Below are positions 24,595 to 32,000 of a stretch of DNA of 32,000 bases, one piece after another. Each line of letters starts with the position of its first letter. Position 1 is the stretch's first letter. Origin of the DNA: Streptacidiphilus albus JL83. GTDB lineage: Bacteria; Actinomycetota; Actinomycetes; Streptomycetales; Streptomycetaceae. The stretch lies in the NCBI RefSeq assembly GCF_000744705.1, contig NZ_JQML01000001.1:2768017-2800016 (forward strand), given 5' to 3'. Below the pieces are notes generated by a model. The model was given only the letters and a program-made list of their open reading frames with translations. It was not told the origin of the DNA and ran no database searches. The position numbers and the translations under genes are program-made.

Positions 24595-26028
24595 TCAGGA
24601 AATGACCGCCGGGTTCACCGCGACCGGTGCACCCCATGCGTCCTCGTCCGCCACGAGATAGGACGCGCGCGCCTTGCGCTTCTTCTTCTTGGCGGCGGAG
24701 CCGAGGCCACCACCCATACCGCCCATCTCGCCCATGGCGCCCTCGCCCTCGCCGCTTGCGCCGACTCCGCCGACCCCGTCCCCAGAGCCGAGTTCGCCTT
24801 CTTCGCCCGCTGCCCCGGCACCGGCACCGTCGGCACCGTCGGCGTCTCCGGAGACCAGCCCCGAATCGCCCCCATAGCCATCGGCGCTATCGCCTTCACC
24901 AGCGCCAAAGGCTCCAGAACCTACGCCGCCGACGCCACCGAAGCCGAACCCGGCCCCATTGCCGCCACAACCGACCTGACCGACGGAGCCGTATCCGCCA
25001 CCGCTGCCGAATCCGCCGCCGTTCCCGCCGCCGCCGTATCCCGAACCGACACCGGTGACCGGACCTCCGGGGGTGCCGTCGATGGTGGTACCGGGTGGGG
25101 TGACCGGCTTGCCCGGCTGACCGCCGTAGATACCGCCGCCAGGATTCGGCGACTGAATCGGGGCCCCAGGAGTCGGCTGGCCCGGCACGTTCACACCTGG
25201 AATCGGCGTGCCAGGGCCGGTCGGATCGGTCGTCGGCGGAAGCAGGCCGCTCGAACCGGGCGACGGTGGAACGGTGCCGACCGGCTCCGTGACCGGAGGA
25301 CCGGGAGAGGTGGCGGGAGGCGGAGGCCAGACCCCGCCTCCGGTACCGACGTGGGGCTGACTCTGAAGCTGGCTGGTCGAACCGTTGTACGCCTTACCCA
25401 GGGCTTCCATGACCAGCACGGCCTTCTGCTGCGCCTCCTCATTGGCAGAGAGCTGGCCTCCGTCCAACTGGATCGCCTTACTCAGGCCCAGCTTGGCGGC
25501 GTCCTCCTTGAACTGGATGTCACTGCTCTCGCTGGTCAGCTTCCGCGACGCCTTGGCCCAGAAACTGGGGTCGTGCGGCATGTCCCCCTTGGCGGTAGTC
25601 AGGGCCTTCGATGCGCTCTCCAGCGCGGTGGAAGTGTTGGTGGCGTAGGCCGCGCCGTTACTGAGGCTCTCGTTCAGGCTGCTCGCGCTCTTGCGGAACG
25701 CGTCTGCGCTGGAACCGCTCCAGTGCTCCAGCAGGTTATTGACGTGAGTGCTGAGCCCCTTGGAGATGCTGGTGAGATCGTCGCTGACGCTGCTCCAGTG
25801 CTGGGACACCGTGTGAATGCCGTCCGGGTCGGCCGACTCGATCATGGCCCGGAGGCCGTCGAGCCCACCCGCCGCCTCGAAGTTCGTGCTGAATCCGCTG
25901 TCGCCGCCACCGGCGTTTGCCGCCAGGGCCTTCTTCCACTGCGCGTCTGCCGCCGCCTGCTGCTTCGCCTGCGCCGCATTGGCAGCTGCCAGGGACTTGG
26001 CCGCCTGGGCATCTCCAACACCACTCAT
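24595..26028 (-). CDS. PPE-like / WXG-containing putative type VII secretion substrate with a Pro-rich and then Gly-rich C-terminal region
   Basis: 477 aa, with GGGGGAGGGAA upstream of the ATG. The N-terminal helical domain reads NFEAAGGLDGLRAMIESADPDGIHTVSQHWSSVSDDL...LLEHWSGSSADAF and contains W103-S-G105. The C-terminal end is KKKKRKARASYLVADEDAWG. Confidence 0.65.
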   Translation of the reverse strand: MSGVGDAQAAKSLAAANAAQAKQQAAADAQWKKALAANAGGGDSGFSTNFEAAGGLDGLRAMIESADPDGIHTVSQHWSSVSDDLTSISKGLSTHVNNLLEHWSGSSADAFRKSASSLNESLSNGAAYATNTSTALESASKALTTAKGDMPHDPSFWAKASRKLTSESSDIQFKEDAAKLGLSKAIQLDGGQLSANEEAQQKAVLVMEALGKAYNGSTSQLQSQPHVGTGGGVWPPPPATSPGPPVTEPVGTVPPSPGSSGLLPPTTDPTGPGTPIPGVNVPGQPTPGAPIQSPNPGGGIYGGQPGKPVTPPGTTIDGTPGGPVTGVGSGYGGGGNGGGFGSGGGYGSVGQVGCGGNGAGFGFGGVGGVGSGAFGAGEGDSADGYGGDSGLVSGDADGADGAGAGAAGEEGELGSGDGVGGVGASGEGEGAMGEMGGMGGGLGSAAKKKKRKARASYLVADEDAWGAPVAVNPAVIS

Positions 26029-26073
26029 GTCGTTCCCTCCCCCATCGTGCTCACTGTTGCCTCTGCTCTTCCG

Positions 26074-26412
26074 CTAACTCAACTGCGTGACAGTCTGGGC
26101 GTCCTGGGCCGCGTAGGTGTCGTGGGTGTAGCCGACCTTGTCGGTGAAGTCACTGATCATCGAATTCAGGGTGGTGATCATCTGATTGATCGATTCCCTC
26201 ATCGAGTCGTGCGCGCCCGACAGCGCCTCGGCCTCCGCGAAACCCGTGCCGAACTGCGAGGGCTTCAGATTGGTGTTGTAGTTGGCCTTGCCCTTGGTCG
26301 CGTCCATGTCGCTGAGCAGGCCCTGCAACTGCTTCACGGCGGTCTTCAGCGCGTCGAGGTCGACCTCGTAGCCCGTGCCCGCCGGTGTACCCGTGCCTGT
26401 CTTCGTGCTCAT
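26074..26412 (-). CDS. Small helical PE/Esx-like partner protein
   Basis: 112 aa from the ATG at 26412 (MSTKTGTGTPAGTGYEVDLDALKTAVKQLQ...). The composition suggests two long helices. A YAAQD motif (Y100xxxD104) follows the second helix. The gene lies 45 nt upstream of the PPE-like gene. Confidence 0.55.
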   Translation of the reverse strand: MSTKTGTGTPAGTGYEVDLDALKTAVKQLQGLLSDMDATKGKANYNTNLKPSQFGTGFAEAEALSGAHDSMRESINQMITTLNSMISDFTDKVGYTHDTYAAQDAQTVTQLS

Positions 26413-26652
26413 CACTGCCCCCGTCCCCGTCGCGCCCCGGGTCCGCCTCTGCTGCGAACGCCCACGCGTACCGCACACATCATAAGGAGAGCATCAAAGA
26501 CTATGCATCTCTCTTCGCTTCCGATTCGGACAGCCCTCCCGATCACCCGCCGTTCCCGTTCCCGTTCGCCGGGGGAGGAGTCGGGTCGGACATGCGTCCG
26601 ACGTGGGAGGATGCCTGGAAGCTGAGAGAACCTGACGAAGGAGTCACGCAGC

Positions 26653-29250
26653 GTGCCTGGCACCAACCTGACCCGTGAGGAGGCCCGAACCCGGGCCGCG
26701 CTCCTCACCGTGGACGCGTACGACATCGCGCTCGACCTGAGCACCGCCCCCGAGGGGGGGACGTTCCGGTCCACCACCGTGGTCCGTTTCACGGCCACCA
26801 CCCCTGGCGCGTCCAGTTTCATCGACCTGATCGCGCCCACCGTGCACGAGGTCGTCCTCAACGGCACGTCGCTCGACCCCGCCGAGGTCTTCGCCGACAG
26901 CCGGATCGCGCTGCCGGCACTGGCCGCCGAGAACGAGCTGCGCGTTGTCGCAGACTGCGGCTACACCAACTCCGGCGAGGGCCTGCACCGGTTCGTCGAC
27001 CCGGTGGACCAGCAGACCTACCTCTACACCCAGTTCGAGGTCCCGGACGCGCGGCGCGTGTTCGCCTCCTTCGAACAGCCCGACCTCAAGGGCACGTTCC
27101 AGTTCACCGTGACCGCCCCCACCGGGTGGAAGGTGATCAGCAACGAGGTCTCGCCGGAGCCGGAGAAGGGCGAGTCCGAGGGCACCGAGGTGCACCGCTT
27201 CGCGGCGACGCCCCGGATCTCCTCGTACATCACCGCGCTGATCGCCGGTCCCTACGTGGGCGTGTTCGACGAGTACCGCAACGACGAGGACAACCAGCGG
27301 GTGCCGCTCGGCATCTACTGCCGTCCCTCGCTGGCGCAGTACCTGGACGCCGAGGCGATCTTCGAGGTCACCAAGCAGGGCTTCGAGTGGTTCCAGGAGA
27401 AGTTCGACTGCGCCTACCCGTTCAGCAAGTACGACCAGCTGTTCGTGCCGGAGTTCAACGCCGGCGCGATGGAGAACGCGGGCGCGGTCACCATTCGCGA
27501 CCAGTACGTCTTCCGCTCCAAGGTCACCGACGCGGCCTACGAGGCCCGCGCCGAGACGATCCTGCACGAGCTGGCGCACATGTGGTTCGGCGACCTGGTC
27601 ACCATGGAGTGGTGGAACGACCTCTGGCTGAACGAGTCCTTCGCGACCTTCACCAGCATCCTCTGCCAGGCCGACGCGGCCGGCAGCCGCTGGCCGCAGG
27701 CCTGGACGACCTTCGCCAACTCCATGAAGACCTGGGCCTACCGGCAGGACCAGCTGCCGTCCACCCACCCGATCATGGCGGACATCAACGACCTGGAGGA
27801 CGTCCAGGTCAACTTCGACGGCATCACCTACGCCAAGGGCGCCTCGGTGCTCAAGCAGCTGGTGGCGTACGTCGGCAAGGACGAGTTCTTCGCCGGCGTG
27901 CAGGCCTACATGAAGCGCCACGCCTGGGGCAACGCCCGCCTCTCCGACCTGCTCGGCGCGCTGGAGCAGACCTCCGGACGCGACCTCAAGGCCTGGTCGA
28001 AGGCGTGGCTGGAGACGGCCGGGATCAACGTCCTGCGCCCGGAGATCGAGGTCGACGCCGACGGCGTGATGACCTCGCTCGTCGTCCGCCAGGAGGCGCC
28101 CGCGCTGCCGGCCGGCGCCAAGGGCGAGGCGGTGCTCCGCCCGCACCGGATCGCCATCGGCCTGTACGACCTGGACGCGGACGGCGCGCTGGTGCGCACC
28201 GACCGCATCGAGCTGGACATCGACGGCGAGCTGACCACCGTGCCGCTCCCGGCCGGACGCCGCCGCCCGGCGGTCGTGCTGCTCAACGACGACGACCTCT
28301 CCTACGCCAAGGTGCGCCTGGACGCCGAGTCGCTGGCCAACGTCACCGCGCACATCGCCGACTTCACCGAGTCGCTGCCGCGCGCCCTGTGCTGGGCCTC
28401 GGCCTGGGACATGACCCGCGACGGCGAGCTCGCGGCCCGTGACTACCTGGCGCTGGTGCTCAGCGGCATCGGCCGGGAGTCCGACATCGGCGTGGTCCAG
28501 TCGCTCACCCGGCAGGTCAAGACGGCCGTCGACCTCTACGCCGACCCGGCGTGGCGCGCCGAGGGCCTGACCGCCCTCGCCGACGCCTCGCTGGAGCAGC
28601 TGCACGCCGCCCCCGCCGGTGGCGACCACCAGCTGGCCTGGGCGCGGATGTTCGCGACCGTGGCCACCACCCCGGAGCACCTGGCCGTGCTCTCCGGCCT
28701 GCTCGACGGCGGCACCGTGGTCGAGGGCCTGTCCGTCGACGACGAGCTGCGCTGGTCGCTGCTGGTCCGGCTGTCGGCGACCGGTGTCGCGGACGAGGCG
28801 GCGGTCCTGGCGGAGCTGGAGCGGGACAACACCTCGGCCGGTCAGGCCCACGCCGCGACCTGCCGGGCCGCGCGTCCGACGGCCGAGGCCAAGGCTGCCG
28901 CCTGGGCCTCCGTGGTCGAGGCGGAGACGCTGACCAACACCGTCCAGGAGGCCGTGATCCACGGCTTCGCCCAGGTGGAGCAGCGCGAGCTGCTCGCCCC
29001 CTACACGGCGAAGTACTTCGCCGCGGTCAAGGGGATCTTCGAGCAGCGCTCGCACGAGATGGGCCAGCAGATCATCGTCGGGTTCTACCCGACGATGCAG
29101 GTCGACCAGGCCACGCTGGACGCCACCGACGCCTGGCTGGCCTCGGCCGAGCCGGCTCCGGCACTGCGCCGGATGGTCGTCGAGTCGCGGGCCGGCGTGG
29201 AGCGCGCGCTGCGCGCCCAGGCCGCGGACCGCGCGGCCGGCGCGAAGTAG
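26653..29250 (+). CDS. pepN: Aminopeptidase N, M1 family (copy 2)
   Basis: 865 aa from the GTG at 26653, with GAAGGAG upstream. It carries GAMEN and HELAHMWFGD...WLNESFA. It is collinear with copy 1 along its whole length, at roughly two-thirds identity by eye over the N-terminal 170 aa. Confidence 0.93.
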   Translation: MPGTNLTREEARTRAALLTVDAYDIALDLSTAPEGGTFRSTTVVRFTATTPGASSFIDLIAPTVHEVVLNGTSLDPAEVFADSRIALPALAAENELRVVADCGYTNSGEGLHRFVDPVDQQTYLYTQFEVPDARRVFASFEQPDLKGTFQFTVTAPTGWKVISNEVSPEPEKGESEGTEVHRFAATPRISSYITALIAGPYVGVFDEYRNDEDNQRVPLGIYCRPSLAQYLDAEAIFEVTKQGFEWFQEKFDCAYPFSKYDQLFVPEFNAGAMENAGAVTIRDQYVFRSKVTDAAYEARAETILHELAHMWFGDLVTMEWWNDLWLNESFATFTSILCQADAAGSRWPQAWTTFANSMKTWAYRQDQLPSTHPIMADINDLEDVQVNFDGITYAKGASVLKQLVAYVGKDEFFAGVQAYMKRHAWGNARLSDLLGALEQTSGRDLKAWSKAWLETAGINVLRPEIEVDADGVMTSLVVRQEAPALPAGAKGEAVLRPHRIAIGLYDLDADGALVRTDRIELDIDGELTTVPLPAGRRRPAVVLLNDDDLSYAKVRLDAESLANVTAHIADFTESLPRALCWASAWDMTRDGELAARDYLALVLSGIGRESDIGVVQSLTRQVKTAVDLYADPAWRAEGLTALADASLEQLHAAPAGGDHQLAWARMFATVATTPEHLAVLSGLLDGGTVVEGLSVDDELRWSLLVRLSATGVADEAAVLAELERDNTSAGQAHAATCRAARPTAEAKAAAWASVVEAETLTNTVQEAVIHGFAQVEQRELLAPYTAKYFAAVKGIFEQRSHEMGQQIIVGFYPTMQVDQATLDATDAWLASAEPAPALRRMVVESRAGVERALRAQAADRAAGAK

Positions 29251-29266
29251 CGGGTCCGGAACGGAC

Positions 29267-29307
29267 GACAGCCCCGGTCGCCTCCCTGAGGGAGGCGACC
29301 GGGGCTG
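29267..29307. terminator. Bidirectional stem-loop between pepN copy 2 and a convergent small gene
   Basis: ACAGCCCCGGTCGCCTCCC, then tga, then GGGAGGCGACCGGGGCTGT. This gives perfect 19-nt arms. Confidence 0.75.
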
Positions 29308-29335
29308 TCCTGTCGATCGGCCAGGTGCCGGGGGG

Positions 29336-29578
29336 TCAGCTGTGGTTCTTGTCCGGCTTGGTGAGCAGCAGCACCAGGCCGGCGATGATGACGAAGAGGC
29401 CGACCGGGCAGCCCACGTAGAGGCCGATGGCCTGGGCCGGGTTCAGGCCCGCCAGCAGCTCCGAACCGGCGGGGGCGCCCGCCGGGGCGAGCGCGAAGGA
29501 CGGGGCGGTCATGAGCAGCAGCGTGAGCGCGGTACCAGCGGCGACAGCGCCGGCGCGCAGGGAGGTTCGAGTCAGCAC
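29336..29578 (-). CDS. Small secreted or membrane protein
   Basis: 80 aa from a GTG start, with GGTGAGAG upstream. The signal-like N-terminus is AGAVAAGTALTLLLMTAPSFALA, and the C-terminal hydrophobic helix is VGLFVIIAGLVLLL. Confidence 0.5.
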   Translation of the reverse strand: MLTRTSLRAGAVAAGTALTLLLMTAPSFALAPAGAPAGSELLAGLNPAQAIGLYVGCPVGLFVIIAGLVLLLTKPDKNHS

Positions 29579-29748
29579 GCTCTCACCGTAAGGGCGGGTG
29601 CCTCCGGCCCGCGCGGCGGGGTAACCCCTTTGGGGTGCCCTTTACCTTTGCCCGCCCACAGCAGCGCCTTCGTCCGGGCACAGCCGCACCGTCGTTCCCG
29701 GTCGCGACCCCGCCGCCGCTCCCGGTCACGGCAACGCCGGAGCCCCGG

Positions 29749-32000
29749 TCACGGCTGCTCCGCCGGGGGCTCGTTCAGCACCGCGCCCAGGGCCGCGGTG
29801 CGCGGCGAGGCGGTGAACTGTTCGAGCCCGGCCGGGCGGCCGGTGTCGTCGGCCAGCGGCAGCCGCCAGTTGGGGTACTCGGTGGAGGTCCCGGGCAGGT
29901 TCTGCGGGCGGGGGTCGCCGAGCGCGTCCGGCAGCCAGACGCCGACCAGCCGGGCCGGCGTGCGCAGCAGGTAGCGGTGCAGCGCGGCGACGGCCTCGGG
30001 CAGGACGTCGCCGCCGGCCCCGTCGCCGCCGGACTCGGCGGCCGGTCCCTCGCCGTAGGGGGGCACCGAGAGCAGCCCTTCGCGGGCCAGCTCGCCGAGC
30101 CACTCCTCGCGGTCGGCGTCGGCCTCGGCCTGCTCCTCGGCCAGCGGCCGGGTCAGCAGGCCCAGGCTCTGCCGCAGGTCGACGTACTCGCCGCTGAGCC
30201 GGGCGGCGGTGCTGGGCAGGTCGTGGGTGGTGAGGGTGGCGAGGCACCGCTCGCGCCAGCGCTCGGGCGGCAGCGGCCCGCCGCTGCCGTTGCCGGCCGC
30301 GTCGGCGTAGTCCCGCTCGAACCAGAGGACGGAGGTGCCCAGCACGCCCCGCTCGGTCAGGTGTTCACGGACGCCGGGCTCGACCGTCCCCAGGTCCTCG
30401 CCGATGACGGCGGTACCGGCCCGTTCGGCCTCCAGCGCGAGCACGCCCAGCATGGCCTCCGGGTCGTAGCGGACGTAGGCGCCCTCGGTCGGCGGGCGGC
30501 CCTCCGGCACCCACCACAGCCGGAACAGGCCCATCACATGGTCGATCCGCAGGGCGCCGGCGTGCCGGAGCGCCGCCCGGAGCAGTTCCGCGTAGGGGGC
30601 GTAGCCGGCGGCGGCCAGGGCGTCGGGCCGCCAGGGCGGCAGGCCCCAGTCCTGGCCACGGGCGTTGAAGGCGTCCGGCGGGGCGCCGACGGAGATGGCC
30701 GGGGCCAGCGCCTGCTGGTGCGCCCAGGCGTCGGCGCCCTCCGGGTGGACGCCGACGGCGAGGTCGTGGATCACCCCGACGGCCATCCCGGCGGCGTGGG
30801 CAGCCTCTCCGGCGGCGGCCAGCTGCTCGTCGACCAGCCAGGCGAGCCAGCGGTGGAACTCGACCCGCTCGCGCACCCCGGGGGCGTCGGCAGCGCTGCG
30901 GACGGCGGCGCTGCCGGGGTCGCGCAGCCCGGTCGGCCAGCTGCGCCAGGCGGGGCCGTGCACCTCGGCCAGGGCGCACCAGCGGGCGAAGTCGTCCAGC
31001 GCCGCGCCCTCGCGCTGCTGGAAGGCCCGGTAGCCGGCCTCCCGCCCGGGGCTCCGGGGGACGGCGTGGACCAGCTCCAGCGCCTCGCGCTTGAGCCCCC
31101 AGACGGCGTCGCGGTCGATCAGGCCGTCGTCCAGCAGCACGCTGTCGCGCAGGGCCGCGCCGCGCCGGGCCAGGGCGGCGACCTGCCGGTGGGCCCCGGC
31201 GTCCAGGTAGGCGTACTCGGGGACGGCCTCGACCCGGAGGTGGACCGGGTCGGCGAAACGGCGCGAGGAGGGCCGGTAGGGGGAGGGGTCGGCGGCGGCC
31301 CCCGGCGCGGCCGGGACGCCCGCGTGCATCGGGTTGACCTGGACGAAGCCCGCGCCGAGGGTGTGCCCGGCCCAGCTCGCCAGGTCGGCCAGGTCACCCA
31401 GGTCGCCCATCCCCCAGGAGCGCTGCGACAGCACCGAGTAGAGCTGGACCAGGAACCCCCAGCTGCGACCGGTGCCGGGGCTCCCGGCCTCGGGCGCCCC
31501 GGCATCAGGGACGCGGACGACATCGGGCACCCGGACCGGCGCGACGATCAGCGGCGCGGCGGCGGCACGGTCCCGCAGCCGGGCGCAGAGGGTGTGCCGG
31601 CCCACCGGCAGGTCGGCCGGGAGCCGGCCGTCGTGCACACCGCGCACGACGCCACCGGTCCCGCCGCCGGTCCCGCCGCTGCGCCCGCCGGGCGGCTGCT
31701 CCAGTTCGATCCAGACCTCGGCGGTCTCGGGCAGCCCGTGCTCGGCGCGGAGGTCGACGCCCCGGCCGACCCGGGTGACCAGGCAGCGGGGCAGCAGCCG
31801 GGCGGCGGCCTGCCGGTGGTGCAGCTCCAGCGCCGCACGGGCGGCCTGCGGGGTGGCGGCGTCGACGTCGAACGCGGCGAGGATCGCGACCAGGGTGTCG
31901 GCGGAGACCTGGCGGGCTCCGTCCGGGCCGTGGTGGACGGTGTCGATGCCGTGGAGTCCGGCCAGCTCCCGGAGCGTGTCCGAGGCGCTCTCGTCCTCCA
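29749..32000 (-). CDS. malQ: 4-alpha-glucanotransferase (amylomaltase, GH77); the 5' end lies outside the window
   Basis: Contains SWGMGDLGDLADLASWAG...GFVQVNPMHA...DPSPYRPSSRRF...RIDHVMGLFRLWWVP...GEDLGTV. The frame stays open upstream of the ORF-track start at 31647 and reaches the window edge. That upstream part reads ...LRELAGLHGIDTVHHGPDGARQVSADTLVAILAAFDVDAATP..., which is typical of an actinobacterial MalQ N-terminus. Confidence 0.9.
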   Translation of the reverse strand, partial: EDESASDTLRELAGLHGIDTVHHGPDGARQVSADTLVAILAAFDVDAATPQAARAALELHHRQAAARLLPRCLVTRVGRGVDLRAEHGLPETAEVWIELEQPPGGRSGGTGGGTGGVVRGVHDGRLPADLPVGRHTLCARLRDRAAAAPLIVAPVRVPDVVRVPDAGAPEAGSPGTGRSWGFLVQLYSVLSQRSWGMGDLGDLADLASWAGHTLGAGFVQVNPMHAGVPAAPGAAADPSPYRPSSRRFADPVHLRVEAVPEYAYLDAGAHRQVAALARRGAALRDSVLLDDGLIDRDAVWGLKREALELVHAVPRSPGREAGYRAFQQREGAALDDFARWCALAEVHGPAWRSWPTGLRDPGSAAVRSAADAPGVRERVEFHRWLAWLVDEQLAAAGEAAHAAGMAVGVIHDLAVGVHPEGADAWAHQQALAPAISVGAPPDAFNARGQDWGLPPWRPDALAAAGYAPYAELLRAALRHAGALRIDHVMGLFRLWWVPEGRPPTEGAYVRYDPEAMLGVLALEAERAGTAVIGEDLGTVEPGVREHLTERGVLGTSVLWFERDYADAAGNGSGGPLPPERWRERCLATLTTHDLPSTAARLSGEYVDLRQSLGLLTRPLAEEQAEADADREEWLGELAREGLLSVPPYGEGPAAESGGDGAGGDVLPEAVAALHRYLLRTPARLVGVWLPDALGDPRPQNLPGTSTEYPNWRLPLADDTGRPAGLEQFTASPRTAALGAVLNEPPAEQP

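Noticed and set aside
24403-26625. A 740-aa plus-strand ORF spanning the PPE-like and PE-like genes.
   Set aside because: It is an antisense shadow that crosses two minus-strand genes and their spacer. Its composition is Arg/Gly/Ala-rich, and the minus-strand genes have good ribosome-binding sites.
15027-26652. Search for a classical mobile-element signature for the island (integrase, transposase, tRNA target, terminal inverted or direct repeats).
   Set aside because: None was found by eye. Only the local GC drops at the Rhs tip and in parts of the mycosin/PPE-like region suggest exchange, so I make no mobile_element call.
29726-31838. Several Arg/Pro-rich ORFs inside malQ (29726-30247, 30365-30979, 31119-31523 and 31548-31838 on the minus strand; 30665-31033 on the plus strand).
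   Set aside because: They are alternative frames of an unmistakable GH77 4-alpha-glucanotransferase gene.

Overview
This is a high-GC actinobacterial chromosome segment that looks like Streptomyces or Kitasatospora. Hand counts give about 70% GC in core genes. All calls come from reading the sequence and the ORF track; no searches were run.

Backbone: the housekeeping block nei - rpiB - (bioY) - dsbA-like - pepN follows the gene order I recall for M. tuberculosis Rv2464c-Rv2467. The window also holds a second pepN paralog, a membrane PP2C phosphatase, a VOC-family protein and malQ. malQ runs off the right edge.

Two accessory patches have visibly lower GC, about 54-57% in sampled 120-nt stretches.

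(i) Positions 1-5446 form one tightly packed minus-strand operon. In transcription order it encodes:
- a WXG100-like/CpnT-N-terminal-like carrier protein;
- a signal-less deaminase-fold toxin, coupled to the carrier by an ATGA overlap;
- three diverged tandem paralogs (candidate immunity genes);
- a SUKH-like-deaminase fusion;
- a 15-nt tandem repeat array;
- a NACHT/STAND-like P-loop NTPase that runs off the left edge and is absent from the ORF track.

(ii) Positions 15.0-26.6 kb form an island bracketed by the two pepN paralogs. It contains:
- a WYL/YafY-type regulator;
- a 1277-aa Rhs/YD toxin with a low-GC C-terminal tip and a downstream immunity candidate;
- a membrane beta-propeller protein;
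- a mycosin-like protease;
- a PE/PPE-like pair.

Most interesting observation: the deaminase toxin and the Rhs toxin open with the same ~60-aa N-terminal module (MSEAIA.AL...). Each is joined by an ATGA overlap to an upstream ORF, a full carrier in one case and a 50-codon ORF in the other. This suggests a modular carrier-plus-interchangeable-warhead toxin system, possibly exported by type VII secretion. I found no rRNA, tRNA, CRISPR array, transposase or integrase.
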